Shown: one piece after another, positions 20,069 to 28,821 of the stretch
Layout: each line of letters begins with the position of its first letter
Position numbering within the stretch: position 1 is the stretch's first letter
Sequence record: NC_129898.1
Length of the DNA: 64,000 nt
From: a phage
Strand: one strand, 5' to 3'
Position numbers and translations under genes: made by a program
Notes under the pieces: generated by a model
The model's input: the letters and a program-made list of their open reading frames with translations, nothing else
What the model was told of the DNA's origin: nothing
Databases searched by the model: none

Positions 20069-20473
20069 ATGAATAAGAACGTACGCCGCATCATGAACGA
20101 GTTGGCAAACGATGAAAAAATTATTGACATGCATTTGATCAACATTTGCCGCCGTTGTGTAACATATAACAACCGCGCCGCAAAAGCGCGTGAGATGAAC
20201 GCAAAAGGCACCTTAAAGCCATTCCAGGTGGTGGTAAAGGCCATTAAAAATGTAACTAATACGGCAAACCAGGTACAGGGGAACACCAACGAGAGTACCA
20301 ATATTGATCCGGCTTACATCATGAAACGGATCCGGACCTATAAGAACAAAGAGCAAGTGTATAATGTTATAGACTGGTTGGATTCTATGGGCGACGTGGT
20401 GTACAATAGATTCTCGGCAGCTATTGAGATCCAGCTTGACAGGTTGGACGGTAAAGTACTGAAAACTTATTAA
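20069..20473 (+). CDS. hypothetical protein (134 aa)
   Basis: Promoter 19992-20019, hairpin GGCGGGAATGTTTCCCGCC, CA-rich leader, RBS. Confidence 0.5.
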   Translation: MNKNVRRIMNELANDEKIIDMHLINICRRCVTYNNRAAKAREMNAKGTLKPFQVVVKAIKNVTNTANQVQGNTNESTNIDPAYIMKRIRTYKNKEQVYNVIDWLDSMGDVVYNRFSAAIEIQLDRLDGKVLKTY

Positions 20474-20521
20474 GTTTATTTTTAGATGGCCTTGACTCTA
20501 GGGCCATCAATAAAGTAAACT
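20474..20521 (+). repeat. conserved intergenic hairpin/promoter-like module (copy 1 of 4)
   Basis: ATTTATTTTTAGATGGCCTTGACTCTAGGGCCATCAATAAAGTAAAC; stem GATGGCC/GGCCATC with TTGAC in loop. Confidence 0.55.
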
Positions 20522-20553
20522 AGTCTCAACTAAGCGAAAAAGGGGGCTTTAAG

Positions 20554-20673
20554 ATGAGCACTACACGCCAATACACAAAGGTAACTATTATCGTTTGCGT
20601 TGTCGGTTACATCCTGGCGCAAATGTTAATGAGTAGCGCCAACAGTTTTGCAAAATTTTTCTTAAATTTTTAA
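20554..20673 (+). CDS. hypothetical small membrane peptide (39 aa)
   Basis: AAAGGGGG RBS; hydrophobic core. Confidence 0.35.
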   Translation: MSTTRQYTKVTIIVCVVGYILAQMLMSSANSFAKFFLNF

Positions 20674-20701
20674 TTGACAAGTAAATCTCAATAAGTATAC
20701 T
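20674..20701 (+). promoter_or_regulatory. sigma70-like promoter
   Basis: TTGACA - 16 nt - TATACT; near-identical promoter at 22512-22539. Confidence 0.55.
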
Positions 20702-20752
20702 TAAACACGTAAACGGGAAAACTTCCCAGAACACACAAAAGGAGAAAACACC

Positions 20753-21094
20753 ATGACTACTATGACCGCCGCAGAAAAAGCTATGCAGATCGCCGCGCTG
20801 AAAAAACAGATCGCAGACCTTGAGAACAAGATCGATAACTTTGAAATCGACGAGGACAAGTACGACGAAAACTATAATGAATGGCTAGACGAGATCCACG
20901 GCGAAATTATGATCGGTAACATTTCTTTTCTTCCGTCGCGTATCCTCAAAGAGTTAGATCCTATTGCTTACCGCTGCGGATTTAGCGATTACATCGATAG
21001 CCTGGATATTGAGGACGATGAAGAGTACCAAGAATTGCAGATAGAGCTGGGAGAAGTGAAAGAGGAGCTTTCAAAGCTGGAAGAGAACGAGTAA
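20753..21094 (+). CDS. hypothetical acidic coiled-coil protein
   Basis: Promoter, hairpin, leader, AGGAGA RBS. Confidence 0.5.
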   Translation: MTTMTAAEKAMQIAALKKQIADLENKIDNFEIDEDKYDENYNEWLDEIHGEIMIGNISFLPSRILKELDPIAYRCGFSDYIDSLDIEDDEEYQELQIELGEVKEELSKLEENE

Positions 21095-21095
21095 A

Positions 21096-21143
21096 ATTTA
21101 TTTTTAGATGGCCTTGACTCCAGGGCCATCAATAAAGTAAACT
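21096..21143 (+). repeat. conserved intergenic hairpin/promoter-like module (copy 2)
   Basis: Near-identical to 20474-20521. Confidence 0.55.
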
Positions 21144-21181
21144 TTACACTGTTAACACTGAACTAATGAGGAGTTAAAACT

Positions 21182-21427
21182 ATGGCAGCACTAATCACCA
21201 AATATTATGCGCCTACCAACACAAAAAGCGCCCGTATCATGGTAAAAGGCTTCGGACGTAAAAAGGTTTACGCCTGGGACTATTCCCTAGATATGGAAGA
21301 CAATTATACCAACGTAATGACCGATTTTATTAATGATCTGAATAAACAGATCTTAACCGACTACAAAGTGACCGATATTGCTTACATAGGTGAAGGCGGG
21401 ATCTGTTTTGTAGGCATTGTGAAATAG
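21182..21427 (+). CDS. hypothetical small protein
   Basis: GAGGAG RBS. Confidence 0.5.
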   Translation: MAALITKYYAPTNTKSARIMVKGFGRKKVYAWDYSLDMEDNYTNVMTDFINDLNKQILTDYKVTDIAYIGEGGICFVGIVK

Positions 21428-21470
21428 TTATTTTTCGGTGGTCCTGGTTGCAGGGCCATCTATAAAGATA
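21427..21470 (+). repeat. conserved intergenic hairpin module (diverged copy 3)
   Basis: TTATTTTTCGGTGGTCCTGGTTGCAGGGCCATCTATAAAG. Confidence 0.4.
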
Positions 21471-21502
21471 ATTTATTAACACCATGAAAGGAGAAAGTAC
21501 AC

Positions 21503-21856
21503 ATGATCAGCGGGGCTAGTTTTATTATTGGCGCTATTGCTACGGCTTTAATTGTAAACAAGATCCAGGATAAAAAGGAAAGAGGAAGTACCGCCCTTGC
21601 AGAATATCCATTTTGGACATTTAACGATAACGAAGATTATATTATAAAGTATAAAAATAAAGAAGGCGACCAAGTAACACCGCGACCGATCCCGGCTTAC
21701 AAAATGCAGGAAACACTATACCGCTTGGAGGCGGGGGGCGCAAAAATTGTTGACTTTTGGGGATACGACCACACAGATCAGGAAGTTATAAAGCGCCGTA
21801 TCCGGGCTATTCAGGCCAATATTGAGGTTAACAAGGGGGGAATATATGAAAATTAA
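21503..21856 (+). CDS. hypothetical membrane-anchored protein
   Basis: N-terminal hydrophobic helix; AAGGAGA RBS. Confidence 0.5.
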   Translation: MISGASFIIGAIATALIVNKIQDKKERGSTALAEYPFWTFNDNEDYIIKYKNKEGDQVTPRPIPAYKMQETLYRLEAGGAKIVDFWGYDHTDQEVIKRRIRAIQANIEVNKGGIYEN

Positions 21857-22043
21857 TTTCGAGAAAATTGTAAAGCGCCCTCATGATTCCGAAGAGTTGC
21901 CAGAACGCCGACAGCGCAACAATAAACTGAATAAGCCAAAAAGGTTTGGGAAGATCTGGCGGAATCATTATGATCGTAAATTGCCCGGCCTACTTTTGGA
22001 ACGTGAACGACAGGCAGAACGATACCGCCATAAAGACAAATAA
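21846..22043 (+). CDS. hypothetical basic small protein
   Basis: ATG 21846 after AAGGGGGG; Arg/Lys-rich. Confidence 0.4.
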   Translation: MKINFEKIVKRPHDSEELPERRQRNNKLNKPKRFGKIWRNHYDRKLPGLLLERERQAERYRHKDK

Positions 22044-22051
22044 CAACCAAC

Positions 22052-22080
22052 GCCCCGCCATTGTGCGGGGCTTTTTATTT
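22052..22080 (+). terminator. intrinsic terminator
   Basis: CCCCGC-CATTGT-GCGGGG hairpin followed by CTTTTTATTT. Confidence 0.55.
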
Positions 22081-22261
22081 CTATCCTACGAATAGCGCCC
22101 CTGGTTGGCCCTGTAAGCGCCAAAAAGGCCCCCACCTATGCAATCGCCCCCTTTAACCTGAAAACATCGCTCAGGGCCGTTTTATAGCGTTAAAAATATC
22201 ATTGACATCGTCAACAGGTTAGCTATACTAACCACATCAAAGAGAGAAAGGAGTAAACGCC

Positions 22262-22522
22262 ATGCGTAAATTAAAAAATTTTGATAAAGTTGATGTTATC
22301 CTGAATAATTTTTACTACTGCAACAACAAGGCTATTTGGTGGCGGGATAGTTCCACCGATAAAGTCAAGGCGCGCTTTCTTCAGGGGCACTGGCAAGGCC
22401 GCCCAGTGATTAAAATCATGGGGCAATTGGTAGCGTTTAAAAATTGCCGCCGTGTTGATGACGTTGAGGAGATTTTAAACATTTTGCGCCACAATAATTT
22501 AAAAAATAGTGTTGACAAGTAA
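22262..22522 (+). CDS. hypothetical small protein
   Basis: Promoter-like TTGACA at 22203; GGAG RBS. Confidence 0.45.
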   Translation: MRKLKNFDKVDVILNNFYYCNNKAIWWRDSSTDKVKARFLQGHWQGRPVIKIMGQLVAFKNCRRVDDVEEILNILRHNNLKNSVDK

Positions 22523-22539
22523 ATCTCAATAAGTATAAT
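22512..22539 (+). promoter_or_regulatory. sigma70-like promoter (consensus -10)
   Basis: TTGACA - 16 nt - TATAAT; followed by hairpin GGCGGGAAAACTTCCCGCC. Confidence 0.6.
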
Positions 22540-22596
22540 TAAACACACAGGCGGGAAAACTTCCCGCCACTAACAAAGAAAACAGGAGAAAATATC

Positions 22597-23220
22597 ATGA
22601 CCACCGTTAACATTACCACAGGTTACAATTTATCTTTCGACGTGCTGACCGACGAACAAAAAGAAAAAGCCATTGAAATGGTCCGCGAAAGAGAAGAACG
22701 CAGCGGGGATGATTTTTTCGCAGAAAATGTAATTGATTACTACAAAGAATATATCTTTCCAGAGTACGGCCTTGAGGATACCGAAGTACATTGGTCCGGC
22801 TTTTGGTGTCAAGGCGATGGCGCATCGATTAGTGCTGAAAATGTAGACTTAGAAAAATTCTTGCGTAAAGTCAAGGCCCTGACCAAGTTCAGATCAATTC
22901 GTCACTTGTTCGGCACAATGCACGATGGCGAACTATCCGCCAGTGTTGAACGCGACAAGTACAGCCATTACAGCCATGAAAACACTGTAAGCGGGTACAT
23001 TGATACCACTTGGATAGATCTGACCGCCAAACAAGAAAACAAAGTGGAAGATCTGGAAGAATTGATCACCGAGACGGTACGGGAGCTATCCCGCAAGGTT
23101 TACGTAGACCTTGAGGAGGCCTATCTAGAACAGTTCACCGCAGAAAACCTGATCGGCCTTATTCAGGCCAATGATTGGCGGTTTGATGTCGATGAATATG
23201 GTGAGATGACTTTTTCATAA
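22597..23220 (+). CDS. hypothetical acidic protein (207 aa)
   Basis: Largest ORF of the small-gene block; promoter, hairpin, leader, AGGAGA RBS. Confidence 0.55.
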   Translation: MTTVNITTGYNLSFDVLTDEQKEKAIEMVREREERSGDDFFAENVIDYYKEYIFPEYGLEDTEVHWSGFWCQGDGASISAENVDLEKFLRKVKALTKFRSIRHLFGTMHDGELSASVERDKYSHYSHENTVSGYIDTTWIDLTAKQENKVEDLEELITETVRELSRKVYVDLEEAYLEQFTAENLIGLIQANDWRFDVDEYGEMTFS

Positions 23221-23313
23221 ATAAAGTGTTGCAATAACCTAAAAACCTGCTATATTAAAACTCAAGGCGGGCGAGACGTTTGCCCGCCAACACAAAACAA
23301 AGAGGATAACATC

Positions 23314-23694
23314 ATGAAAAATACTACCAAGGCTATTGACACCGTTATGTTTAACCTGGTTACATTCCGTGAAGATATGAAAGATCTTCCGCGTGAAACA
23401 GTGTGCGACCATATCGAAAACTATCGCAAACTAATCAAAGAGTTGCCTTTAAAACGTGATCAATATGCGGCTAACGCCATGCTTAATGCCATGATCAAAA
23501 AGATGATCCAGTGTGATTTAACCCTGGCCTATGATTATGCAGGCGGTCGTTTTGCAGTATACAATCAGCCCGTGCCCGGTATGAGTACCACCGAAGAATT
23601 GCACGCGCTCAATCTAAAACAGGACGTGTGGGATAGTATGCCTCGCGTGGTGGTATGGGTAGAAAGCGGAAAGATTTACGGCGATAATTTTTAA
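23314..23694 (+). CDS. hypothetical protein (126 aa)
   Basis: Promoter-like TTGCAA/TATATT, hairpin GGCGGGCGAGACGTTTGCCCGCC, RBS. Confidence 0.5.
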   Translation: MKNTTKAIDTVMFNLVTFREDMKDLPRETVCDHIENYRKLIKELPLKRDQYAANAMLNAMIKKMIQCDLTLAYDYAGGRFAVYNQPVPGMSTTEELHALNLKQDVWDSMPRVVVWVESGKIYGDNF

Positions 23695-23758
23695 TCAGGT
23701 AGCAGGCGGCATATTTGCCGCCTTATTGTTGATCAGAACTGCAAAAGAGGTACATAGA

Positions 23759-24130
23759 ATGGAATTTATTATTTTGGCTGTATTGGTTGCCTTATTTAAC
23801 GCCTGGATCGCTGGCAAGATGGGAAGATCCGCCTTTTTATGGTTTATTATATCTATTTTCCTGGGGGTGGTTGCAACTATTGTATTGGTTATCCTTGCAA
23901 TTGTTGACAAGGGGAATAATAGAAAGGGTAAAGTATTTTCAGACCTGTACGACGCTCAAACTTTTGTTAACGCCTATTATAGTGATCTCCCAGTCTCCCT
24001 ACGTTGCAGCCTTGCACAACAGGTTTTCGATGAAGCTAAAACCAGAGACCACGCCCATGAGATTTGTTTAACTGAGGCGGATCGCTTATTTGAGAGGAAT
24101 AGAAAATATGTGGGCCAGCCGTTTAAATAA
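23759..24130 (+). CDS. hypothetical membrane protein
   Basis: Two predicted TM helices; ATG 23759 after AAGAGG. Confidence 0.45.
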   Translation: MEFIILAVLVALFNAWIAGKMGRSAFLWFIISIFLGVVATIVLVILAIVDKGNNRKGKVFSDLYDAQTFVNAYYSDLPVSLRCSLAQQVFDEAKTRDHAHEICLTEADRLFERNRKYVGQPFK

Positions 24131-24349
24131 TACCACGTTAATTAATCCATTTAGTGAAGATTTGAGGCCAGCCGCCTGGCGGGATGGATTCAATAACGAA
24201 AAATTTACTTTTAGGCCTGATCTTGAGGAATTTTATAACAATGGATCGAACAACGACAGAGATAATTTTTCTTGCGGTGTGTGTCGTGATCGGACTACTG
24301 GGAGCCATTGCAAACCACGTAACCGCTAACAGAAGGAAAGGGGGAGACG

Positions 24350-24469
24350 ATGACACCCAAGGATAAGCCCCGCACCGATAAGGCGCGCCGTGTTATGGTA
24401 TGGCTGGAGATCATCGCCCTTGAAATATTGTTAGGCGTAGGGATGTATTTTATCGCCGTACGTACCTGA
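24350..24469 (+). CDS. hypothetical small membrane peptide (39 aa)
   Basis: AGGGGGAG RBS; hydrophobic C-terminus. Confidence 0.35.
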   Translation: MTPKDKPRTDKARRVMVWLEIIALEILLGVGMYFIAVRT

Positions 24470-24615
24470 TAACGGCCCCCGATCCCTGGGGGCCTGACTT
24501 TTTTCAAAAAAATTTTTCTTCCGGGGTGTTGCAATCCGGTCCGGGATATGGATAATAACAATCAACGGGGAGACACTCCCCACCACACAGACAAAGTTCC
24601 AAAAGGAGAAACAAA

Positions 24616-24816
24616 ATGAGCAACAATATCCGCGTTATTAATTTCAAAAAAGAAGAAAAAATCGCTGTGCTGGTTGATGGTCAAGAAATATTCAAGGGGT
24701 ATTATGAAGATCATCAGGCGGCGATCAGTATTACCCGCGTAATTGGTTACCATAATTTTTACCCTCAAGGCGCTGAGGCAGCAGTAAAACGAATTAAAGA
24801 GATCGTAGGCCTGTAA
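24616..24816 (+). CDS. hypothetical small protein
   Basis: Hairpin GGGGAGACACTCCCC, CA-rich leader, AAGGAGA RBS. Confidence 0.5.
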   Translation: MSNNIRVINFKKEEKIAVLVDGQEIFKGYYEDHQAAISITRVIGYHNFYPQGAEAAVKRIKEIVGL

Positions 24817-24817
24817 A

Positions 24818-24866
24818 ATTTATTTTTAGATGGCCTTGACCCCAGGGCCATCAAATAAAGTAAATT
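24818..24866 (+). repeat. conserved intergenic hairpin/promoter-like module (copy 4)
   Basis: Near-identical to 20474-20521. Confidence 0.55.
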
Positions 24867-24908
24867 TAAACCCTGCTAAAATAATCAGTGCAAAAAGGAG
24901 CAATGATC

Positions 24909-25208
24909 ATGTTTATACCCGCCAATAATCTTTATTTCTTTGATGGTCAGATCGTAGACGGCGTGGAAGTTGAGATCACTGGATGTCAAGGCGGCCAGGT
25001 AATGATCTTCCGCAATAGTGCCTTTAACGATCATTTTATTACAATGACTGTGGAAGTTAAAAAGCTGGATGATAAGAAAACACTCATTGACTATTCCGTG
25101 AAAGATCATCCAGACTACCACATGATCTATGGTGATTTGTGCATTGTTGACCGTGACAAGGTGGGCGGCATTGTGATCGCTATTGTGAACGATGTTTTCT
25201 CTGAATAA
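24909..25208 (+). CDS. hypothetical small protein
   Basis: AAGGAG RBS; start ATG 24903 or 24909. Confidence 0.45.
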   Translation: MFIPANNLYFFDGQIVDGVEVEITGCQGGQVMIFRNSAFNDHFITMTVEVKKLDDKKTLIDYSVKDHPDYHMIYGDLCIVDRDKVGGIVIAIVNDVFSE

Positions 25209-25430
25209 TTCCGGCAAATGATGCAAAATAAGGCCCATGGCAGGGCCTGCAGCGATATAATCACACAAAGGCTATGCGGTTGCATGGCCTTTTTTATTTT
25301 AGCGCTACAGCGGCCCCCAAGGCGTTTAAAAAATTTTTAAAAGTACTTGCATCAAGTCCGACAATATGGATAATAAGACTTATCAGGGGGCGGCCCCCAA
25401 TCATTAACCGGATAGATAGGAGTTAAAATC

Positions 25431-25715
25431 ATGGCTATTGTTACTGTTGGCGATGTAGTAGAAATGGAAGCAAAATACTTAAAAGCGGGTATGCATATCC
25501 TACGCAACGATCTTGAACTAGTCCTGACAATGGTCGACTATAATCCCGGTCAGGATTATCCAAGCATCGACTACTTTTTCCAGTATGTTGATGAAGAATT
25601 AAAAGAGGATGAGGCTTATCAGGGTGAATTTTGTAATTTCTTTTGCCCTGACGAGATTGTAAAAGTTATCTATCAACCTGGCGTACCTTTCCCGTTGCAC
25701 GCCATCAATAAATAA
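25431..25715 (+). CDS. hypothetical small protein
   Basis: Hairpin GGGGGCGGCCCCC, leader, AGGAG RBS. Confidence 0.5.
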   Translation: MAIVTVGDVVEMEAKYLKAGMHILRNDLELVLTMVDYNPGQDYPSIDYFFQYVDEELKEDEAYQGEFCNFFCPDEIVKVIYQPGVPFPLHAINK

Positions 25716-25778
25716 GCCTGGCGGGGCCGAAAAAGGCCCCTCCTGAAAATATGAAAAAATAAAGATAGGTGAATCATC

Positions 25779-26012
25779 ATGATGGAACAAATTAAACGCG
25801 CTGAGGCTATTAATGGTAATGTGATCTATTTTGTCAGCAAAAACGAAAAAGGCGTACCCTATGCGGCGGTAATAGTACAGCCTGACGGCGATTATTGGTG
25901 CACTGTGTACGGCGCTTATTCTTTTGGGCGTCCAGTGCATGATAAAATTTTGAAAGTAGCGAACCCTACCGGGAAAAATATCACAGCAGAAAAATTTTTT
26001 GAAAATAGTTGA
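25779..26012 (+). CDS. hypothetical small protein
   Basis: ORF after hairpin GGGGCC-GAAAAA-GGCCCC. Confidence 0.45.
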   Translation: MMEQIKRAEAINGNVIYFVSKNEKGVPYAAVIVQPDGDYWCTVYGAYSFGRPVHDKILKVANPTGKNITAEKFFENS

Positions 26013-26076
26013 CAACAAACAACAATCTAACAAAGCATAATACATAAGGCGGCAATGATGCCGCCAACATGACAGA

Positions 26077-26340
26077 ATGAGAAACATCATTTACAGACTG
26101 ACAAAACGCAACATTATGATCGCCACCGTGATCGCTTGCCTTTTCGCTTTCGTGAGTAACGCAACGTTTAACGCCGTGGGCGGGGCGATGTTTAATGCTG
26201 GCAGCGTTTCAACAGCTAACACAATGATCGATTGTTTGCAACTTTTCTTTTATGTTGCCTTTCGTTTAAAAATAGCTTGCAAGGTAGACCGTTTTGATTT
26301 ACCTTTCATTTGTGGCGGCGTGATCGCTATCGTATGTTAA
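26077..26340 (+). CDS. hypothetical membrane protein
   Basis: Hydrophobic segments; hairpin GGCGGCAATGATGCCGCC upstream. Confidence 0.45.
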   Translation: MRNIIYRLTKRNIMIATVIACLFAFVSNATFNAVGGAMFNAGSVSTANTMIDCLQLFFYVAFRLKIACKVDRFDLPFICGGVIAIVC

Positions 26341-26613
26341 GGATCAGAAGATGGGAAAACTCTCAATTCTGTTGTTTTATCAAAAACCTTGACAATATCA
26401 GAATGTACAGACGGTTAAAAATAATTGTTGACACCAGGCGCGGATCTGGTAAAGTGTACGACATAGGGCGGGGCAATAAGGCAACGCCCATTAATGATGG
26501 TGGAATCATGTTAGAAAAAATTTTCACGGTTGTAGTAGTTGGCATGGCATTATCGGTTGGAGTGGTTGCAACTATGGCTAACATGATCCTATCTTCCCAC
26601 GGTATCGGGTAAG

Positions 26614-26838
26614 GTGAAACAAATGATCACGAACAAAACAGGGAAAACGGAATTTTTACGCGGCTTGCAAATAGGCAAGCCTGAGATCTGGCATTGCACT
26701 AAAACACCACGTGACGAAATGAAAGACTTTACCGCCACGCTGAAGCGGGTAAAAATATCCATTACGCAGAAAAAAGCCTTGATAGTGGTGGAAGGTGAGA
26801 TCCCTCAAACCGTTGTTATTGTTGAGCGTACAGCATAG
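26614..26838 (+). CDS. hypothetical small protein
   Basis: ORF; start GTG 26614 or ATG 26623. Confidence 0.4.
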   Translation: MKQMITNKTGKTEFLRGLQIGKPEIWHCTKTPRDEMKDFTATLKRVKISITQKKALIVVEGEIPQTVVIVERTA

Positions 26839-26927
26839 TTTAATCTATACCGTACGCCCCATTGACTAACAAAGCATAAGCAGGCGGCGGTGACCGCCTT
26901 GAACGCAACAGAAAGAGAATAGAAAAC

Positions 26928-27062
26928 ATGAGAAAGATAATTATTACCATGGGGATCGTGGCGGCAATGTTGGCGATCTTTCCCTTTATGGTTAGGTATG
27001 TGCTGATCAGTGTTGTCCTGATAGGCAGTGATCTATTGGAAACGGTTGGCAACTGGTTTTAA
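26928..27062 (+). CDS. hypothetical small membrane peptide (44 aa)
   Basis: Hairpin GGCGGCGGTGACCGCC, leader, AGAGAA RBS; hydrophobic. Confidence 0.35.
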   Translation: MRKIIITMGIVAAMLAIFPFMVRYVLISVVLIGSDLLETVGNWF

Positions 27063-27132
27063 GATAATAAACAGGGCTTGAAATGGTCCTGTTTTTTGTT
27101 ATACTTATCTCACGGGTGGCACCTGGCGACGG

Positions 27133-27158
27133 GGGGAGACAATCACCGGGGGTGCCCG
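27133..27158 (-). repeat. inverted copy of the 25-bp element at 18734
   Basis: GGGGAGACAATCACCGGGGGTGCCCG is the reverse complement of the 18734-18758 element. Confidence 0.6.
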
Positions 27159-27265
27159 TTATATAAAAAACTATAAAAACAGTTGACATCTGCCAGGTGG
27201 TTAGGTAACATTTATCTTGAAGGGGCAAAAGTGCCCACACAACAACCGGAAGAGAGGAAAACATT

Positions 27266-27538
27266 ATGTCAAGCTGGATTAATCAAGAAATCGAATCACG
27301 TTTTAATGCTATTTGGGATCTCATCGAAAAAGAGGACGGAACATCAAGCCCTTATCTCAATAACCTGGAATTTCATTTTGTGGAAGCGATGAACGCAGAA
27401 CATGATCACGAAGGTGGCGCGGATGAGTTCGCTCAAGGGTATGGCTTCAACAATGCCAACGAAATGATTGAGGCGGTTGTACTTCAGGCTGAGGAAGATT
27501 ATCAATTAAAAACACTTGAATTTTGCCGCCGTAAGTAA
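27266..27538 (+). CDS. hypothetical acidic small protein
   Basis: Promoter TTGACA 27184, hairpin GGGGCAAAAGTGCCC, leader, AGAGAGGA RBS. Confidence 0.5.
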   Translation: MSSWINQEIESRFNAIWDLIEKEDGTSSPYLNNLEFHFVEAMNAEHDHEGGADEFAQGYGFNNANEMIEAVVLQAEEDYQLKTLEFCRRK

Positions 27539-27599
27539 TAAGATAATGACACTGGCCAAAAGGCCCACCAAACCAGAACCCCATAAAGAGGAAAACATC

Positions 27600-27863
27600 A
27601 TGAAACGCCTTGATCAGCTCAAACTAGTTCAGTACATGGCCTACAAAGTTATTGAAGTCCAAAAAGGTAGTAAAAAGGAGGTTTGCGAGAAAGCGTACAA
27701 GATCTTTACTCGTAAAAAAGATGATTGGATGTTGCGCCAGACCAAAAAGGCTGATATCCTGGGGTACCTGGAAGAAGAGATCCGGCTTGAAGAGCAAGAA
27801 GAGATCCGCCGAAGTGAGGCAGATTATCAGGCAGCTTGGGAAAGCTGGATGAGCAACAAATAG
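27600..27863 (+). CDS. hypothetical small protein
   Basis: AAAGAGGA RBS; last gene of + arm. Confidence 0.5.
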   Translation: MKRLDQLKLVQYMAYKVIEVQKGSKKEVCEKAYKIFTRKKDDWMLRQTKKADILGYLEEEIRLEEQEEIRRSEADYQAAWESWMSNK

Positions 27864-27877
27864 TACAACATTATCAA

Positions 27878-27906
27878 GGGGCCTTAAGGCCCCTTTCTTT
27901 TTTGTT
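27878..27906 (+). terminator. intrinsic terminator ending the + strand arm
   Basis: GGGGCC-TTAA-GGCCCC hairpin followed by TTTCTTTTTTGTTTT. Confidence 0.7.
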
Positions 27907-28511
27907 TTCTCTTTTCCTACCATAAACGGCCCCGCCTGGCAAGTGGAATAATTAACGAGCCATCAATCCCGCACACTGTACAAATATACATGTAAAATAG
28001 TTATTGCATAACCTTTCATTGTGTGGTAGCGGTGCTATTTTTACCTGTTTTCTCTCCCAAAATTGCACGTAATGCAGCTATTGCACAAAATTTAACCTGA
28101 TGCACATCTTCAGTATACTGTCAACAATTAAAAACCCTTATAAGTCATACACTTACACAAACCAAAAAGCGCGTCCTACGTGAAAAATCGGGTGTAACTA
28201 TAGCCGACAGATCTCAGAATCCACGTACGATCACCATTCTATAGCCTGCAAAGTATTTATTCCAACCACAGAATAACGGAATAGTCAATACCTGTACAAA
28301 ATAATTATTCGTACAAACTGCATAACATAAACCTGCCCAGGTGTCAACATTTTTCGTAAACAGTTAGAAATTGTCACGATAGGTTACTATAATCAGAGAA
28401 ATATTTAGTCGTCTAATGTTTACTGTACATAACTATACTGACTGGAATCATTAGATGACTAAGAGAAAGATAAGAAATAGTTAACAATGTAATTGTTTTA
28501 CCTGTAACAAT

Positions 28512-28688
28512 AAGGCAACTATGCAAACGAATGGCATGGCGCGACGGAGTCGCGACATAATATAAAAGCAGTAACAATCACCCCCGTGATAGTTTGTCTG
28601 CAATCTATTAATCAGATCATAGTTGCCTTGTATTTAGTTAATCATGACATAACAAGCAAGGCAACTATAGATCTTCTAATAGTTGCCC
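28512..28688. repeat. paired inverted repeats AAGGCAACTAT / ATAGTTGCC
   Basis: AAGGCAACTAT at 28512 and 28658; reverse complement at 28619 and 28679; palindrome GCGAC-GGA-GTCGC at 28541. Confidence 0.6.
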
Positions 28689-28761
28689 TGCTTTTATATT
28701 ATGTCATAGAAACGCCCGAAGGGGTGACCTAGTCACCTGGCATAGCCAGCGAAATATTATT

Positions 28762-28821
28762 AACTTGTTAATTGTCAGCTTGTTGGCTGTTAGCTTGTCA
28801 ATTGTTAACTTGCTAATTGTT
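28762..28821. repeat. tandem 15-bp repeats (4 units)
   Basis: CTTGTTAATTGTCAG / CTTGTTGGCTGTTAG / CTTGTCAATTGTTAA / CTTGCTAATTGTTAA, contiguous. Confidence 0.65.

Noticed and set aside
28762-28821. Possible CRISPR array
   Set aside because: The 15-bp units are contiguous with no spacers and no cas genes are present, so this is a simple tandem repeat
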